NCBI GenBank assembly: GCA_033763895.1 | Contig: JANRJQ010000010.1 | Coordinates: 2,146 to 66,145, forward strand | Direction of reading: 5' to 3' | Source of the DNA: Chloroherpetonaceae bacterium | GTDB taxonomy: Bacteria; Bacteroidota; Chlorobiia; Chlorobiales; Thermochlorobacteraceae | Length of the DNA stretch: 64,000 bases | In this document: positions 1 through 8,968 of the stretch, piece after piece | How positions within the stretch are numbered: the first letter of the stretch is position 1 | Layout: the number at the start of each line of letters is the position of its first letter | Translations under genes and position numbers: made by a program | Notes under the pieces: generated by a model | Told to the model about the DNA's origin: nothing | Databases searched by the model: none | The model's input: the letters and a program-made list of their open reading frames with translations, nothing else

Positions 1-657
1 GATTCTCCAAGTGTGGTGCAATCCGGTATGACTGGATTCTCGGAATTCACCATTGGCGCCGATGGGGCGATAAATCCGCTTCCGGTTGAGTTATCTGCAT
101 TCACGGGTGCACGAAGTGCGAATGGGATTCTTCTAACTTGGACTACGGCATCTGAGAAGAATAACTCAGGGTTTGAAGTCCAAAGGAACACAGAACAAGG
201 GGAATGGAAAGCGCTGGGCTTTGTGAAGGGAAAAGGAACGACGACAGAAGCGCAGAGTTATTCTTTCATTGATCGTAGCGTTTCGGGCAAAGTGACCTAC
301 CGATTGAAACAAATCGACTTCGATGGAAAGTTTGAACTTCACCCCACAATTGAAGTGGATGCCGGTTTGCCAAATACCTATGCCTTAAATCAAAACTACC
401 CCAACCCGTTCAACCCAAGCACCACGATTGGCTACCAACTTCCGGTGGCAGGCGCAGTGAGCCTCAAGGTCTATGATGTGTTGGGAAGAGAAGTATCAAC
501 GCTGGTGAACGCAAGCCAAGCGGCGGGGAGCTATCAAGCCAATTTCAATGCAAGCAATGTGTCAAGCGGGGTGTATTTCTACCGGCTTGAAGTCCGCTCG
601 ACTGGCTCGCAAACTGTTAACTTCATGCAAACGAAGAAGATGGTGCTGGTGAAGTAA
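1..657 (+). CDS. C-terminal part of a secreted protein ending in a T9SS (Por) C-terminal sorting domain; the 5' end lies outside the window
   Basis: Frame 1 is open from base 1 (track ORF 13..657). The tail has the typical sorting-domain pattern 'LNQNYPNPFNPSTTIGYQLP...VSLKVYDVLGREV...SGVYFYRLE'. Upstream is an 'LSAFTG...LTWTTASEKNNSGFEVQR' module. Confidence 0.75.
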   Translation, partial: DSPSVVQSGMTGFSEFTIGADGAINPLPVELSAFTGARSANGILLTWTTASEKNNSGFEVQRNTEQGEWKALGFVKGKGTTTEAQSYSFIDRSVSGKVTYRLKQIDFDGKFELHPTIEVDAGLPNTYALNQNYPNPFNPSTTIGYQLPVAGAVSLKVYDVLGREVSTLVNASQAAGSYQANFNASNVSSGVYFYRLEVRSTGSQTVNFMQTKKMVLVK

Positions 658-683
658 AATTTAGGGAGTTACAATCTTTTCAG

Positions 684-712
684 AAGCCTCGGCGAAAGTC
701 GGGGCTTTTTTT
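684..712 (+). terminator. Rho-independent terminator after the T9SS-substrate gene
   Basis: GC-rich hairpin GCCTCGG-CGAAAG-TCGGGGC (with G-U pairs) followed by T7 at 706-712. Confidence 0.6.
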
Positions 713-822
713 GATAGGTCATCCTCACGGCATTCTCCAAAGAATGATTATATTCAATAACTTATCACAAAAGTATCACAAGATTTTTCATCCGAAGTTT
801 CGTCAACCTAAATCCTAAAATT

Positions 823-1752
823 GTGCTTCAAAATAAAGCAGATATCCGCACTGTGGCTTATCTCATGACCACCACGGCATTATTTTTTGTGCAATGGAAT
901 CTCGAGAGCCTGAATCCATTTCTCTATGTGTGGCTTCTTTTTATGTCGGTTTCAGTTGCGGTTATTGCGCACAACCACAATCACTTACCGATTTGGAAAT
1001 CTTCGGTGATGAATGGAATCACCGACTATTGGCTCACGGTTTTCTACGGCTTCCCAACTTTTGCTTGGATTCCAACTCACAATAAAAATCATCACAAATT
1101 CAATAATCGCGAAGGCGACTATACCATCACCTACCGATTCACCGAAAAAAATAATTTTTGGACTATCATTTCTTACCCCACCATCAGCAGTTATTTTCAA
1201 CAAACCCCAATTCGAGATTTTCTCAAAAAAACGTGGGAAAAAGATAAAGGCAAATTTGCCTTCTACATCATGCAGTATGTGGCATTGGCCGCTGTGGTGG
1301 CTGTGGGACTTTGGGTGGATTGGAAAAAGGCGATTCTTTATATCCTGATTCCGCATCAAGTGGCGCTGTTTTCTGTGCTTGTTTTCAATTATCTCCAGCA
1401 TGTCCACGCCGATGAAACCTCGCCCGTCAATCACTCGCGCAACTTCGTGAGCCCGCTCTTAAATGCGTTGCTCTTCAACAACGGCTATCACACCGTTCAT
1501 CACGATAATGCTCAGCTTCATTGGAGCCTCACACCGGAAGCCCACGCCAAAATGGCCGGGAAAATCGATCCTTATTTAAATGTGCCAAGTTTTTGGGGAT
1601 ACATCGTCAAAACCTATTTCTTAAGCCCCTTCAACAAAAAATTTGCTTCGTATTCTCTCCGCTTGGAGCGAATGAAACAAAAAGCAGCCGCTGAAATGTC
1701 CAAGGCCGTGAATTCCCCAACTGAAAAGCATCAAGAAAGCATTCACGCCTAA
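823..1752 (+). CDS. Membrane fatty-acid desaturase family protein
   Basis: 309-aa ORF with a GTG start. It has three histidine boxes (HNHNH, HNKNHH, HTVHH) separated by hydrophobic segments, which is the di-iron membrane desaturase/hydroxylase signature. Confidence 0.8.
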   Translation: MLQNKADIRTVAYLMTTTALFFVQWNLESLNPFLYVWLLFMSVSVAVIAHNHNHLPIWKSSVMNGITDYWLTVFYGFPTFAWIPTHNKNHHKFNNREGDYTITYRFTEKNNFWTIISYPTISSYFQQTPIRDFLKKTWEKDKGKFAFYIMQYVALAAVVAVGLWVDWKKAILYILIPHQVALFSVLVFNYLQHVHADETSPVNHSRNFVSPLLNALLFNNGYHTVHHDNAQLHWSLTPEAHAKMAGKIDPYLNVPSFWGYIVKTYFLSPFNKKFASYSLRLERMKQKAAAEMSKAVNSPTEKHQESIHA

Positions 1753-1998
1753 GCCGATACCTCATTGACTTCATCCCCCTTTTTCCTAATCACCAAATTC
1801 TATAGACATAAAATCCCCTCGGGATTAACAGGCGATAATCCGATGGCGAAGCCATCGAATGTTTGTAGCCTTTCAATAAATAAAACCTATTCGATTCAAA
1901 AATGCCCTGACTTAATTAAACCTTTGCAAAGCGTGAGATGTCTTAAAAACATAAGCCAAGTCTGTTTACCAACATAAACGCTCGTGTAGAGAACACCA

Positions 1999-2391
1999 AT
2001 GAAAAAGAGAATCCTCATTGTCGAAGACGATCCGATGATTTCAAAATTGCTTTTCATCTCCCTTTCCGATCAATACGATCTCGCTTTTGCAAAAAATGGC
2101 GAAGAGGGCATCGAAAGGTATCGTTTATTGAAAGACTCGCTAAGCCTTGTCATCACAGATTTTCAAATGCCCATTAAAAACGGAGATGAAGTCGCTTTGT
2201 TTGTACGTTCCAATGACAGCACGATTCCGATACTCTTTGCCTCGGGGTCGGATTGGCGCGATCTCAGCCCGAAGCTCGCCGTAATTCCTAATCTTATCGT
2301 CATCGCTAAACCCATACGTGTCGTGGCGTTACGGGAGGTCATTTCAAATTTGATCAATAGCCCTGCAGAGCGGCGACCCGCCTTCTCGTAG
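1999..2391 (+). CDS. Single-domain response regulator (CheY-like receiver)
   Basis: 130 aa. It carries 'ILIVEDDP', 'LVITDFQMP' (phospho-acceptor Asp) and 'AKP' receiver motifs and has no output domain. Confidence 0.85.
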   Translation: MKKRILIVEDDPMISKLLFISLSDQYDLAFAKNGEEGIERYRLLKDSLSLVITDFQMPIKNGDEVALFVRSNDSTIPILFASGSDWRDLSPKLAVIPNLIVIAKPIRVVALREVISNLINSPAERRPAFS

Positions 2392-2425
2392 CTTCTTCCG
2401 AGGTAATCTCACGAAATACTCGTTT

Positions 2426-2440
2426 TGCAAAGTCTTTGCA
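2426..2440. promoter_or_regulatory. Candidate operator: perfect palindrome TGCAAAG-T-CTTTGCA upstream of the TldD cluster
   Basis: A 7-bp perfect inverted repeat with a 1-nt spacer. An extra CTTTGCA half-site sits at 2467-2473. The TTTGCA cores at 2424, 2435 and 2468 are 11 and 33 bp apart. Confidence 0.3.
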
Positions 2441-2581
2441 TTCAAGTGTAAAATGATTGAGCAAGCCTTTGCATTTCCACTTCAGTGTGATTAAACTTCA
2501 AAAATTGTTTCGTGCATCAGTCCTATCTCAACGAAACAAAGGTCAATTTTTGAATCAACATAAACTTGGAGGAACTGCCGC

Positions 2582-4243
2582 GTGGAGCGTCGAGATTTCT
2601 TGAAATTAGCCGGATTAGGAGTCTCCGGCGCAGCATTAACCAGCCTGACTTCACTTCCTACCTTCGCTAAAGAAATTCCTGTTGAACAGTCTCTTGCCTC
2701 ACTTGCCGATTTCGTCGATGTGAAAAAATTGAGCGATGCCGCACTTTCAGCGGCCAAAGCTGCTGGTGCCACTTACTGCGATGTTAGAATCGGTAGATAC
2801 CTCAATCAAGCAGTGTTTACGCGCGAAAACAAAGTGCAGAATGTAACCAATACCGAATCGATTGGAGCAGGGATTCGCGTCCTTGCCGGTGATAAAGCCA
2901 CGTGGGGCTTCGCGTCAAGCAACGATTTATCGCCTGAAGGCATCGCCCGAACTGCACGCGCAGCAGTGGCTATTGCAAAAGCCAATTCACGCATTCAAAC
3001 CGATCCTGTGAAGCTTGCACCGACACCTTCGCTCGGAGAGGTTTATTGGAAAACCCCAATCGAAAAGAATGCCTTCGAAGTGCCAATGAAAGAAAAGGCC
3101 GATCTTTTGCTTTCGGTCAACGCCGCTGCAATGAAAAATGGAGCACCGTTTGTGACTTCATTTGTCTTTTGCATCAACGAACAAAAATATTTTGCCTCAA
3201 GCGATGGCTCCTACATTTCGCAAGATGTGCATCGCTTGTGGCCGGCGGCTTTTGTCAATGCCGTGGATCAAACCTCTGGAAAGTTTGAAACCCGCAGTGC
3301 GCTCTCTTCACCCGTCGGAATGGGTTGGGAGTATCTCTCCGGTCGGAAGGAAGGCAAATTTGCCGGGCCTCAAGGCACCGTAACGCGTTACGGAAAGTAT
3401 TATGATATGGTCGAGGATATTGGGAATGCCGCCATTTTGGTAAGAGAAAAACTCAGCGCGAAGTCGGTTGAAAAAGGCAAATATGACCTCGTACTTGACC
3501 CGTCACACTTATGGCTGACAATTCACGAATCCGTCGGTCATCCGCTTGAACTCGACCGTGTGCTCGGCTATGAGGCCAATTATGCGGGAACGAGTTTCGC
3601 GACACTTGACAAGTTAAAATCGGGCAACTTCAAATATGGCAGTAAGCTCGTTAATCTCTTTGCCGATAAAGTTCAACCCGGTTCATTGGGTGCGGTGGGT
3701 TACGACGATGAAGGCGTAAGCACCAAGCGATGGGATTTGGTGAAGGAAGGAACGCTTGTAAACTATCAAGCCATTCGTGATCAAGTTCATATTCTAGGGC
3801 AAAACGAATCTCACGGTTGCTGTTACTCGCAAAGCTGGGCTGATGTACAATTCCAACGCATGCCTAATGTCTCGCTTGCTCCCGGAAAGAAAAAACTTTC
3901 GGTAGATGAATTGATCAAAGATGTGAAGAAAGGAATTTATATCGTTGGCGATGGCTCCTTCTCCATCGATCAGCAACGCTATAATTTCCAATTTGGCGGA
4001 CAGCTTTTCTACGAAATTAAAAATGGAAAAATCACCGGAATGCTCCGCGATGTGGCTTATCAATCCAATACGCAAGAATTCTGGAACTCGTGTGCAGCAA
4101 TTGCGGACGACCGCGATTTCAGGCTCGGCGGTTCATTCTTCGACGGAAAAGGGCAGCCCTCGCAATCAAGCGCGGTTTCTCACGGGTCTTCAACCACCCG
4201 CTTTAATGGGGTCAATGTGATTAACACATCTCGCAAAATTTAA
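2582..4243 (+). CDS. TldD/PmbA-family metalloprotease (TldD-type) with a twin-arginine (Tat) signal peptide
   Basis: 553 aa with a GTG start preceded by GGAGG. The N-terminus 'MERRDFLKLAGLGVSGAAL...TFAKE' is a Tat motif. It also has the TldD zinc motif 'HESVGHPLELD' and 'GYEANYAGTSF'. Confidence 0.9.
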   Translation: MERRDFLKLAGLGVSGAALTSLTSLPTFAKEIPVEQSLASLADFVDVKKLSDAALSAAKAAGATYCDVRIGRYLNQAVFTRENKVQNVTNTESIGAGIRVLAGDKATWGFASSNDLSPEGIARTARAAVAIAKANSRIQTDPVKLAPTPSLGEVYWKTPIEKNAFEVPMKEKADLLLSVNAAAMKNGAPFVTSFVFCINEQKYFASSDGSYISQDVHRLWPAAFVNAVDQTSGKFETRSALSSPVGMGWEYLSGRKEGKFAGPQGTVTRYGKYYDMVEDIGNAAILVREKLSAKSVEKGKYDLVLDPSHLWLTIHESVGHPLELDRVLGYEANYAGTSFATLDKLKSGNFKYGSKLVNLFADKVQPGSLGAVGYDDEGVSTKRWDLVKEGTLVNYQAIRDQVHILGQNESHGCCYSQSWADVQFQRMPNVSLAPGKKKLSVDELIKDVKKGIYIVGDGSFSIDQQRYNFQFGGQLFYEIKNGKITGMLRDVAYQSNTQEFWNSCAAIADDRDFRLGGSFFDGKGQPSQSSAVSHGSSTTRFNGVNVINTSRKI

Positions 4244-4246
4244 ATC

Positions 4247-5890
4247 ATGAAGCGAAGAGATTTTATAAAACTTTCCGCCTTAGGGCTTGGCTCAGCTGCC
4301 TTGGTAAGTCCCGTGCTTTCAAAGCCGTTTGAAAAATCGGTTGATGAATCGCGCCTAAAGGAAGCAACACTTTCAGCGGTCGATAAAAAGAATTTGGCAA
4401 CTGTGGCACTCACTGTCGCGACTTCCTCCGGAGCTTCATATGCCGATGTCCGTTTGGGAATGTATCTCCGCCAAGCCATCAACACCCGCGAAAAGCAAGT
4501 GCAAGGCATTCAAAGCGGCGAGTCGCTCGGTGCCGGGGTTCGTGTGATTGTGAACGGCACGTGGGGATTTTCATCCACCAACGATCTCACCGCCGATGGC
4601 ATCGCCAAAGCAACTCGCGGCGCAGTAGCCATTGCAAAAGCGAATTCTCGCATACAAACCGAGCCTGTTAAACTTGCGCCCACTAAAGGTTTGGGCGAGG
4701 TGTCGTGGAAAACACCGATTTTGAAAAATGGATTTGATGTTCCCATTAAAGAAAAAGTAGAGGTATTGCTTAGCGCCAATGCTGCAGCAATGACTGCCGG
4801 GGCGAGCTTTGTGAATTCACAACTCTTCCTGATTAATGAGCAAAAGTACTTTGCTTCGACCGATGGCAGTTTCATTGATCAGGATATTCACCGAATATGG
4901 CCAAATTTCTCTGTCACCGTTACTGATGGACCGGGCAAATTTGAGACTCGCTTGGCGCTCAGTGCCCCTTCAGGAATGGGCTATGAGTATTTGGATAATA
5001 ATGCCAAACCGGCACTTACCACTGCGCTTGACTTGTACGACAAGAGATATAATATGATTGCCGATGCTCGTGATGCCGCCAAACAAGCCAAAGAAAAGTT
5101 AAGAGCAAAGTCGGTGGAAAAGGGCAAGTATGATTTGGTTTTAGACCCAACGCATCTTTTTCTTACTATTCATGAATCTGTTGGTCATCCGCTTGAGCTA
5201 GACCGCGTCCTTGGCTATGAAGCCAATTATGCCGGTACAAGTTTTGCTACGCTTGATAAATGGAAAACCAAAAAGTTTAATTACGGTAGCCCCATAGTCA
5301 ATTTCTTTGCGGATAAAACTCAGCCCGGTTCGCTTGGCTCTGTCGGTTATGATGATGAAGGCGTGCAATCCAAACGCTGGGATTTGGTCAAAGACGGCGT
5401 GCTTGTCAACTATCAAGCGACGCGCGATCAAGTTCACATTATCGATCAGAATGAATCACACGGTTGTTCTTACGCCGATAGTTGGAGCAGCGTGCAATTT
5501 CAACGCATGCCCAATGTTTCACTTGCGCCCGGAAAAAAGAAGATTACCCCAATGCAAATGATTAAAGATGTTAAAAAAGGCATCTACATTGTTGGTCGTG
5601 GGTCATATTCCATCGACCAGCAGCGATATAATTTCCAATTTGGTGGGCAGCTTTTTTATGAAATCAAAGATGGGAAAATTGCAGGGATGCTGAAAGATGT
5701 GGCTTATCAATCCAATACACAAGAGTTTTGGAATTCGTGCAGTGCACTTTGTGATGAGCGCGACTACCGTCTGAATGGATCGTTCTTTGACGGCAAAGGT
5801 CAGCCATCCCAAGTGAGTGCCGTCTCGCACGGCTCGCCCACGGCCCGCTTTAACGGAATCAATGTTTTGAATACAGGACGTAAAATCTAA
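4247..5890 (+). CDS. TldD/PmbA-family metalloprotease (TldD-type) paralog with a Tat signal
   Basis: 547 aa. It has 'MKRRDFIKLSALGLGSAAL', 'HESVGHPLELD', and a C-terminal half that is collinear and mostly identical to 2582..4243. It starts 3 nt after the previous stop. Confidence 0.9.
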   Translation: MKRRDFIKLSALGLGSAALVSPVLSKPFEKSVDESRLKEATLSAVDKKNLATVALTVATSSGASYADVRLGMYLRQAINTREKQVQGIQSGESLGAGVRVIVNGTWGFSSTNDLTADGIAKATRGAVAIAKANSRIQTEPVKLAPTKGLGEVSWKTPILKNGFDVPIKEKVEVLLSANAAAMTAGASFVNSQLFLINEQKYFASTDGSFIDQDIHRIWPNFSVTVTDGPGKFETRLALSAPSGMGYEYLDNNAKPALTTALDLYDKRYNMIADARDAAKQAKEKLRAKSVEKGKYDLVLDPTHLFLTIHESVGHPLELDRVLGYEANYAGTSFATLDKWKTKKFNYGSPIVNFFADKTQPGSLGSVGYDDEGVQSKRWDLVKDGVLVNYQATRDQVHIIDQNESHGCSYADSWSSVQFQRMPNVSLAPGKKKITPMQMIKDVKKGIYIVGRGSYSIDQQRYNFQFGGQLFYEIKDGKIAGMLKDVAYQSNTQEFWNSCSALCDERDYRLNGSFFDGKGQPSQVSAVSHGSPTARFNGINVLNTGRKI

Positions 5891-5921
5891 TAACAATTTT
5901 TTCTTAACGATTAATCGCTTT

Positions 5922-7262
5922 TTGAAAGCAATGCCAATACTAACCAAAGAAGAAGCACAAGCGATTCTGAGTAAAGCGCTTGGGTACTCCAAAGCGCCGG
6001 AGTGCGAAGTGAATTTGGGCGGAAGCGTCGGCGGAAATATCCGTTACGCGCGAAACACCGTTTCCACGAGTGGTGAAAATAGCAACATGACACTTGTGGT
6101 TCAATCCAAATTTGGAAAGAAAACCGGAACAGCAACCGTCAATGAATTTACCGATGCTGCCATTGAACGCACCGTTCGCCGGGCTGAAGAGCTTGCGCAG
6201 CTTGCACCTGAAAACCCCGAAGCGATGCCGCTTTTGGGTCAGCAAAAGTATCTTGAATCGGTCACAGCATTTGCATCAACCGAGGGGATTACGCCGGAGT
6301 ACCGTACCAAAGTGGCTGAAGACAGCATTATACCCTGCACCGGAAAGGATTTACAAGCGGCGGGGTTTTTGGATCACGATACCTCATTTGGCGCAGTTGC
6401 CAATTCAGCGGGGCTTTCACTTTATCAAAAATCGACCAGTGTTGAGTTTACACTTACCGTTAGAACCACCGATGGCACCGGCTCGGGGTATGTTACTCGA
6501 GACTACAACGATGTCTCACAGTTTAACTCAGCAGCGGCTTCGCAAGTCGCCATCGAAAAAGCGCTTCGTTCACGCGAAGCCAAAGCCATCGAGCCGGGGA
6601 AATACACCGTCATTCTTGAGCCTGCCGCTTTGCTTGCCAATACTGATGCAAGTCTTATTGGCGCAATGATTAACGCAATGGATGCTCGCAGTGCTGATGA
6701 AGGCAGAAGTTTCTTCTCAAAAAAAGGCGGAGGAAATAAAATCGGTGAGAAATTTATCGACGAACGTATCAGCGTTTTTTCCGACCCAACCAATAGTGAT
6801 ATTCCTTCAACCCCTTGGGTAGGCGACGGTCGCCCGCGTGAAAAAACCACTTGGGTTGAAAACGGTGTGCTTCAAAATCTTTTCTACTCGCGCTATTGGG
6901 CTGAAAAGAAAGAAAAGAAATCGATTGCCCCGCCCGGCGGCATCATCATCCCCGGGACAAATGCGAGCCTTGAAGATTTGATTAAAGACACGAAAAAAGG
7001 AATTCTAATTACTCGGTTGTGGTATATCCGTCCGGTGGACCCGCAAACCTTGCTTTACACCGGGCTCACGCGCGACGGAACATTCTTTATCGAAAATGGA
7101 AAAATCGCTTTCCCAATTAAAAACATGCGCTTCAATGAAAGCCCCATCATTATGCTCAATAACCTTGAAGCCTTGGGTAAGCCGGTTCGAATGGCAGGGA
7201 ACATGATTCCGCCGATGAAGATTCGGGATTTCACTTTTGAAAGCCTTTCAGACGCAGTCTAA
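5922..7262 (+). CDS. TldD/PmbA-family protein (PmbA/TldE-type), with no signal peptide
   Basis: 446 aa. The likely true start is the ATG at 5931 ('MPILTKEEAQAIL'). It lacks HExxxH, as PmbA/TldE proteins do, and has a conserved 'GLTRDGTFFIENGKI' C-terminal region. No hydrophobic N-terminus. Confidence 0.85.
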   Translation: MKAMPILTKEEAQAILSKALGYSKAPECEVNLGGSVGGNIRYARNTVSTSGENSNMTLVVQSKFGKKTGTATVNEFTDAAIERTVRRAEELAQLAPENPEAMPLLGQQKYLESVTAFASTEGITPEYRTKVAEDSIIPCTGKDLQAAGFLDHDTSFGAVANSAGLSLYQKSTSVEFTLTVRTTDGTGSGYVTRDYNDVSQFNSAAASQVAIEKALRSREAKAIEPGKYTVILEPAALLANTDASLIGAMINAMDARSADEGRSFFSKKGGGNKIGEKFIDERISVFSDPTNSDIPSTPWVGDGRPREKTTWVENGVLQNLFYSRYWAEKKEKKSIAPPGGIIIPGTNASLEDLIKDTKKGILITRLWYIRPVDPQTLLYTGLTRDGTFFIENGKIAFPIKNMRFNESPIIMLNNLEALGKPVRMAGNMIPPMKIRDFTFESLSDAV

Positions 7263-7272
7263 CTTTCATTAA

Positions 7273-7305
7273 AGTCGGCTACAGTGCAGGTAGCCGACTT
7301 TTTTT
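7273..7305 (+). terminator. Rho-independent terminator splitting the TldD/E block into 3+2 genes
   Basis: Perfect 10-bp stem AGTCGGCTAC / GTAGCCGACT with a 7-nt loop, followed by a T-run (7299-7305). Confidence 0.7.
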
Positions 7306-7334
7306 AGTATTCATAAATCAACAACCATTTATAC

Positions 7335-8960
7335 ATGCAGCGACGCGATTTTTTAAAAGTAACCGCCTTTGGTGCCGGTGCCTTGATGTTGCCGAAATAT
7401 GCAGTAGCCTCCGTCATCGAGCCTGAAGCGGCTTGGATGGACGCTTCCCAAAAGAAAAAACTGGCAGATATCGCATTAAACGAAGCAAAAACACAAGGCG
7501 CAACTTATTGCGATGTCCGGCTCGGCCGTTACCTCAATCAATTTATTTTTGCTCGGGAAGATAAAGTTCAGAATGTGGTGGATACCCTCTCTGCCGGAAT
7601 CGGAATCAGGGTGATTGCAAACGGTACGTGGGGCTTTGCTTCTACCGACGATCTCTCGTCCGAAAGCGTTGCCAATGCCGCAAAGGAAGCTGTGATGATT
7701 GCAAAGGCAAATTCAGTCTATCAAACTGAGCCTGTCAAACTTGCCCCGCAAAAGGGTGTGGGTGAGGTTGTCTGGAAAACCCCGATTGAAAAAGATGCAT
7801 TTAAGATTCCCATCAAAGACAAAGCGGATTTGTTATTAAAGGCAAACGCAGCAGCAATGAAAAAGGGAGCCAACTACATCAACTCGGTGCTCTTCTTTGT
7901 CAATGAACAAAAATACTTTGCCTCAAGCGATGGCTCCTACATCGATCAAGATGTGCACCGCACTTGGCCAACATTTCAAGTAACCTGTATCGACGAAAAA
8001 ACCGGAAAATTTCAGACTCGAGACTCCCTTTCCGCTCCAATGGGAATGGGCTATGAATATCTCGATGGCAAATCATCCGAGAAATTAAAAGGCGTAACCA
8101 CCAACTATCGCAATAGTTACGATATGGTGGAAGACGCTTCGAACGCTGCGCTTGAAGCGAAATTGAAACTTAAGGCGAAATCGGTTGTGGCAGGGAAGTA
8201 CGATCTCGTGCTCGACCCTTCACACCTTTATCTCACCATTCACGAATCCGTTGGCCATCCACTAGAGCTCGACCGTGTTTTGGGGTATGAGGCCAACTAC
8301 GCCGGAACAAGTTTTGCAACCCTCGATAAATGGAAAACGAAATCGTTCAAATATGGTAGCCCAATCGTAACGCTCTTTGCTGATAAAACACAAAAGCACT
8401 CGCTTGGCGCCGTCGGATACGACGATGAAGGCGTACCCACAAAAAGGTGGGATTTGGTGAAAGATGGAATCCTTGTCAATTATCAAGCCATTCGCGATCA
8501 GGTTCAAATCATCGATCAAAATGAATCTCACGGCTGCTGTTATGCCGATAATTGGGGATCAGTCCAATTTCAACGTATGCCCAATGTGTCGCTTGCGCCG
8601 GGGAAAAAGAAACTTGCGGTCAGTGAAATGATTAAAAATGTTGAAAAAGGAATTTACATCCTTGGCGCAGGATCCTACTCTATCGATCAACAACGGTATA
8701 ACTTCCAATTCGGTGGCCAACTTTTCTATGAAATCAAAAATGGAAAAATTGGTGAAATGCTCAAAGATGTGGCCTATCAATCCAATACGCAAGAGTTTTG
8801 GAATTCATGTGTGGCCATCTGCGATGAAAAGGATTACCGCCTTGGCGGAACCTTCTTTGATGGAAAAGGACAGCCGGGGCAAATCAGCGCGGTTTCTCAC
8901 GGCGCTTCAACCGCCCGCTTTAACGGAGTTAATGTGATCAATACTGAACGCAAAATTTAA
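7335..8960 (+). CDS. TldD/PmbA-family metalloprotease (TldD-type), third paralog with a Tat signal
   Basis: 541 aa. It has 'MQRRDFLKVTAFGAGALML...AVASV', 'HESVGHPLELD', and is collinear with the other two TldD copies. Confidence 0.9.
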   Translation: MQRRDFLKVTAFGAGALMLPKYAVASVIEPEAAWMDASQKKKLADIALNEAKTQGATYCDVRLGRYLNQFIFAREDKVQNVVDTLSAGIGIRVIANGTWGFASTDDLSSESVANAAKEAVMIAKANSVYQTEPVKLAPQKGVGEVVWKTPIEKDAFKIPIKDKADLLLKANAAAMKKGANYINSVLFFVNEQKYFASSDGSYIDQDVHRTWPTFQVTCIDEKTGKFQTRDSLSAPMGMGYEYLDGKSSEKLKGVTTNYRNSYDMVEDASNAALEAKLKLKAKSVVAGKYDLVLDPSHLYLTIHESVGHPLELDRVLGYEANYAGTSFATLDKWKTKSFKYGSPIVTLFADKTQKHSLGAVGYDDEGVPTKRWDLVKDGILVNYQAIRDQVQIIDQNESHGCCYADNWGSVQFQRMPNVSLAPGKKKLAVSEMIKNVEKGIYILGAGSYSIDQQRYNFQFGGQLFYEIKNGKIGEMLKDVAYQSNTQEFWNSCVAICDEKDYRLGGTFFDGKGQPGQISAVSHGASTARFNGVNVINTERKI

Positions 8961-8968
8961 AATCAAGA

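Noticed and set aside
2453-2494. A 13-codon ORF (MIEQAFAFPLQCD) just upstream of the TldD cluster, considered as a possible peptide substrate or precursor by analogy with microcin B17.
   Set aside because: It is too short, has no RBS, has no Gly/Ser/Cys-rich core, and overlaps the candidate operator half-site. Nothing supports translation.
3794-8792. Antisense ORFs recur at equivalent positions inside all three TldD paralogs (3794..4075, 5603..5992 and 8559..8792, all with 'IGLI.HI..H...F.IF.F..KL' translations; also 5198..5437 and 8262..8531). They could be mistaken for conserved overlapping genes.
   Set aside because: They lie opposite the most conserved sense-strand segments. The conservation and the lack of stops are explained by the sense codons. 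None has a start context, RBS or independent motif.
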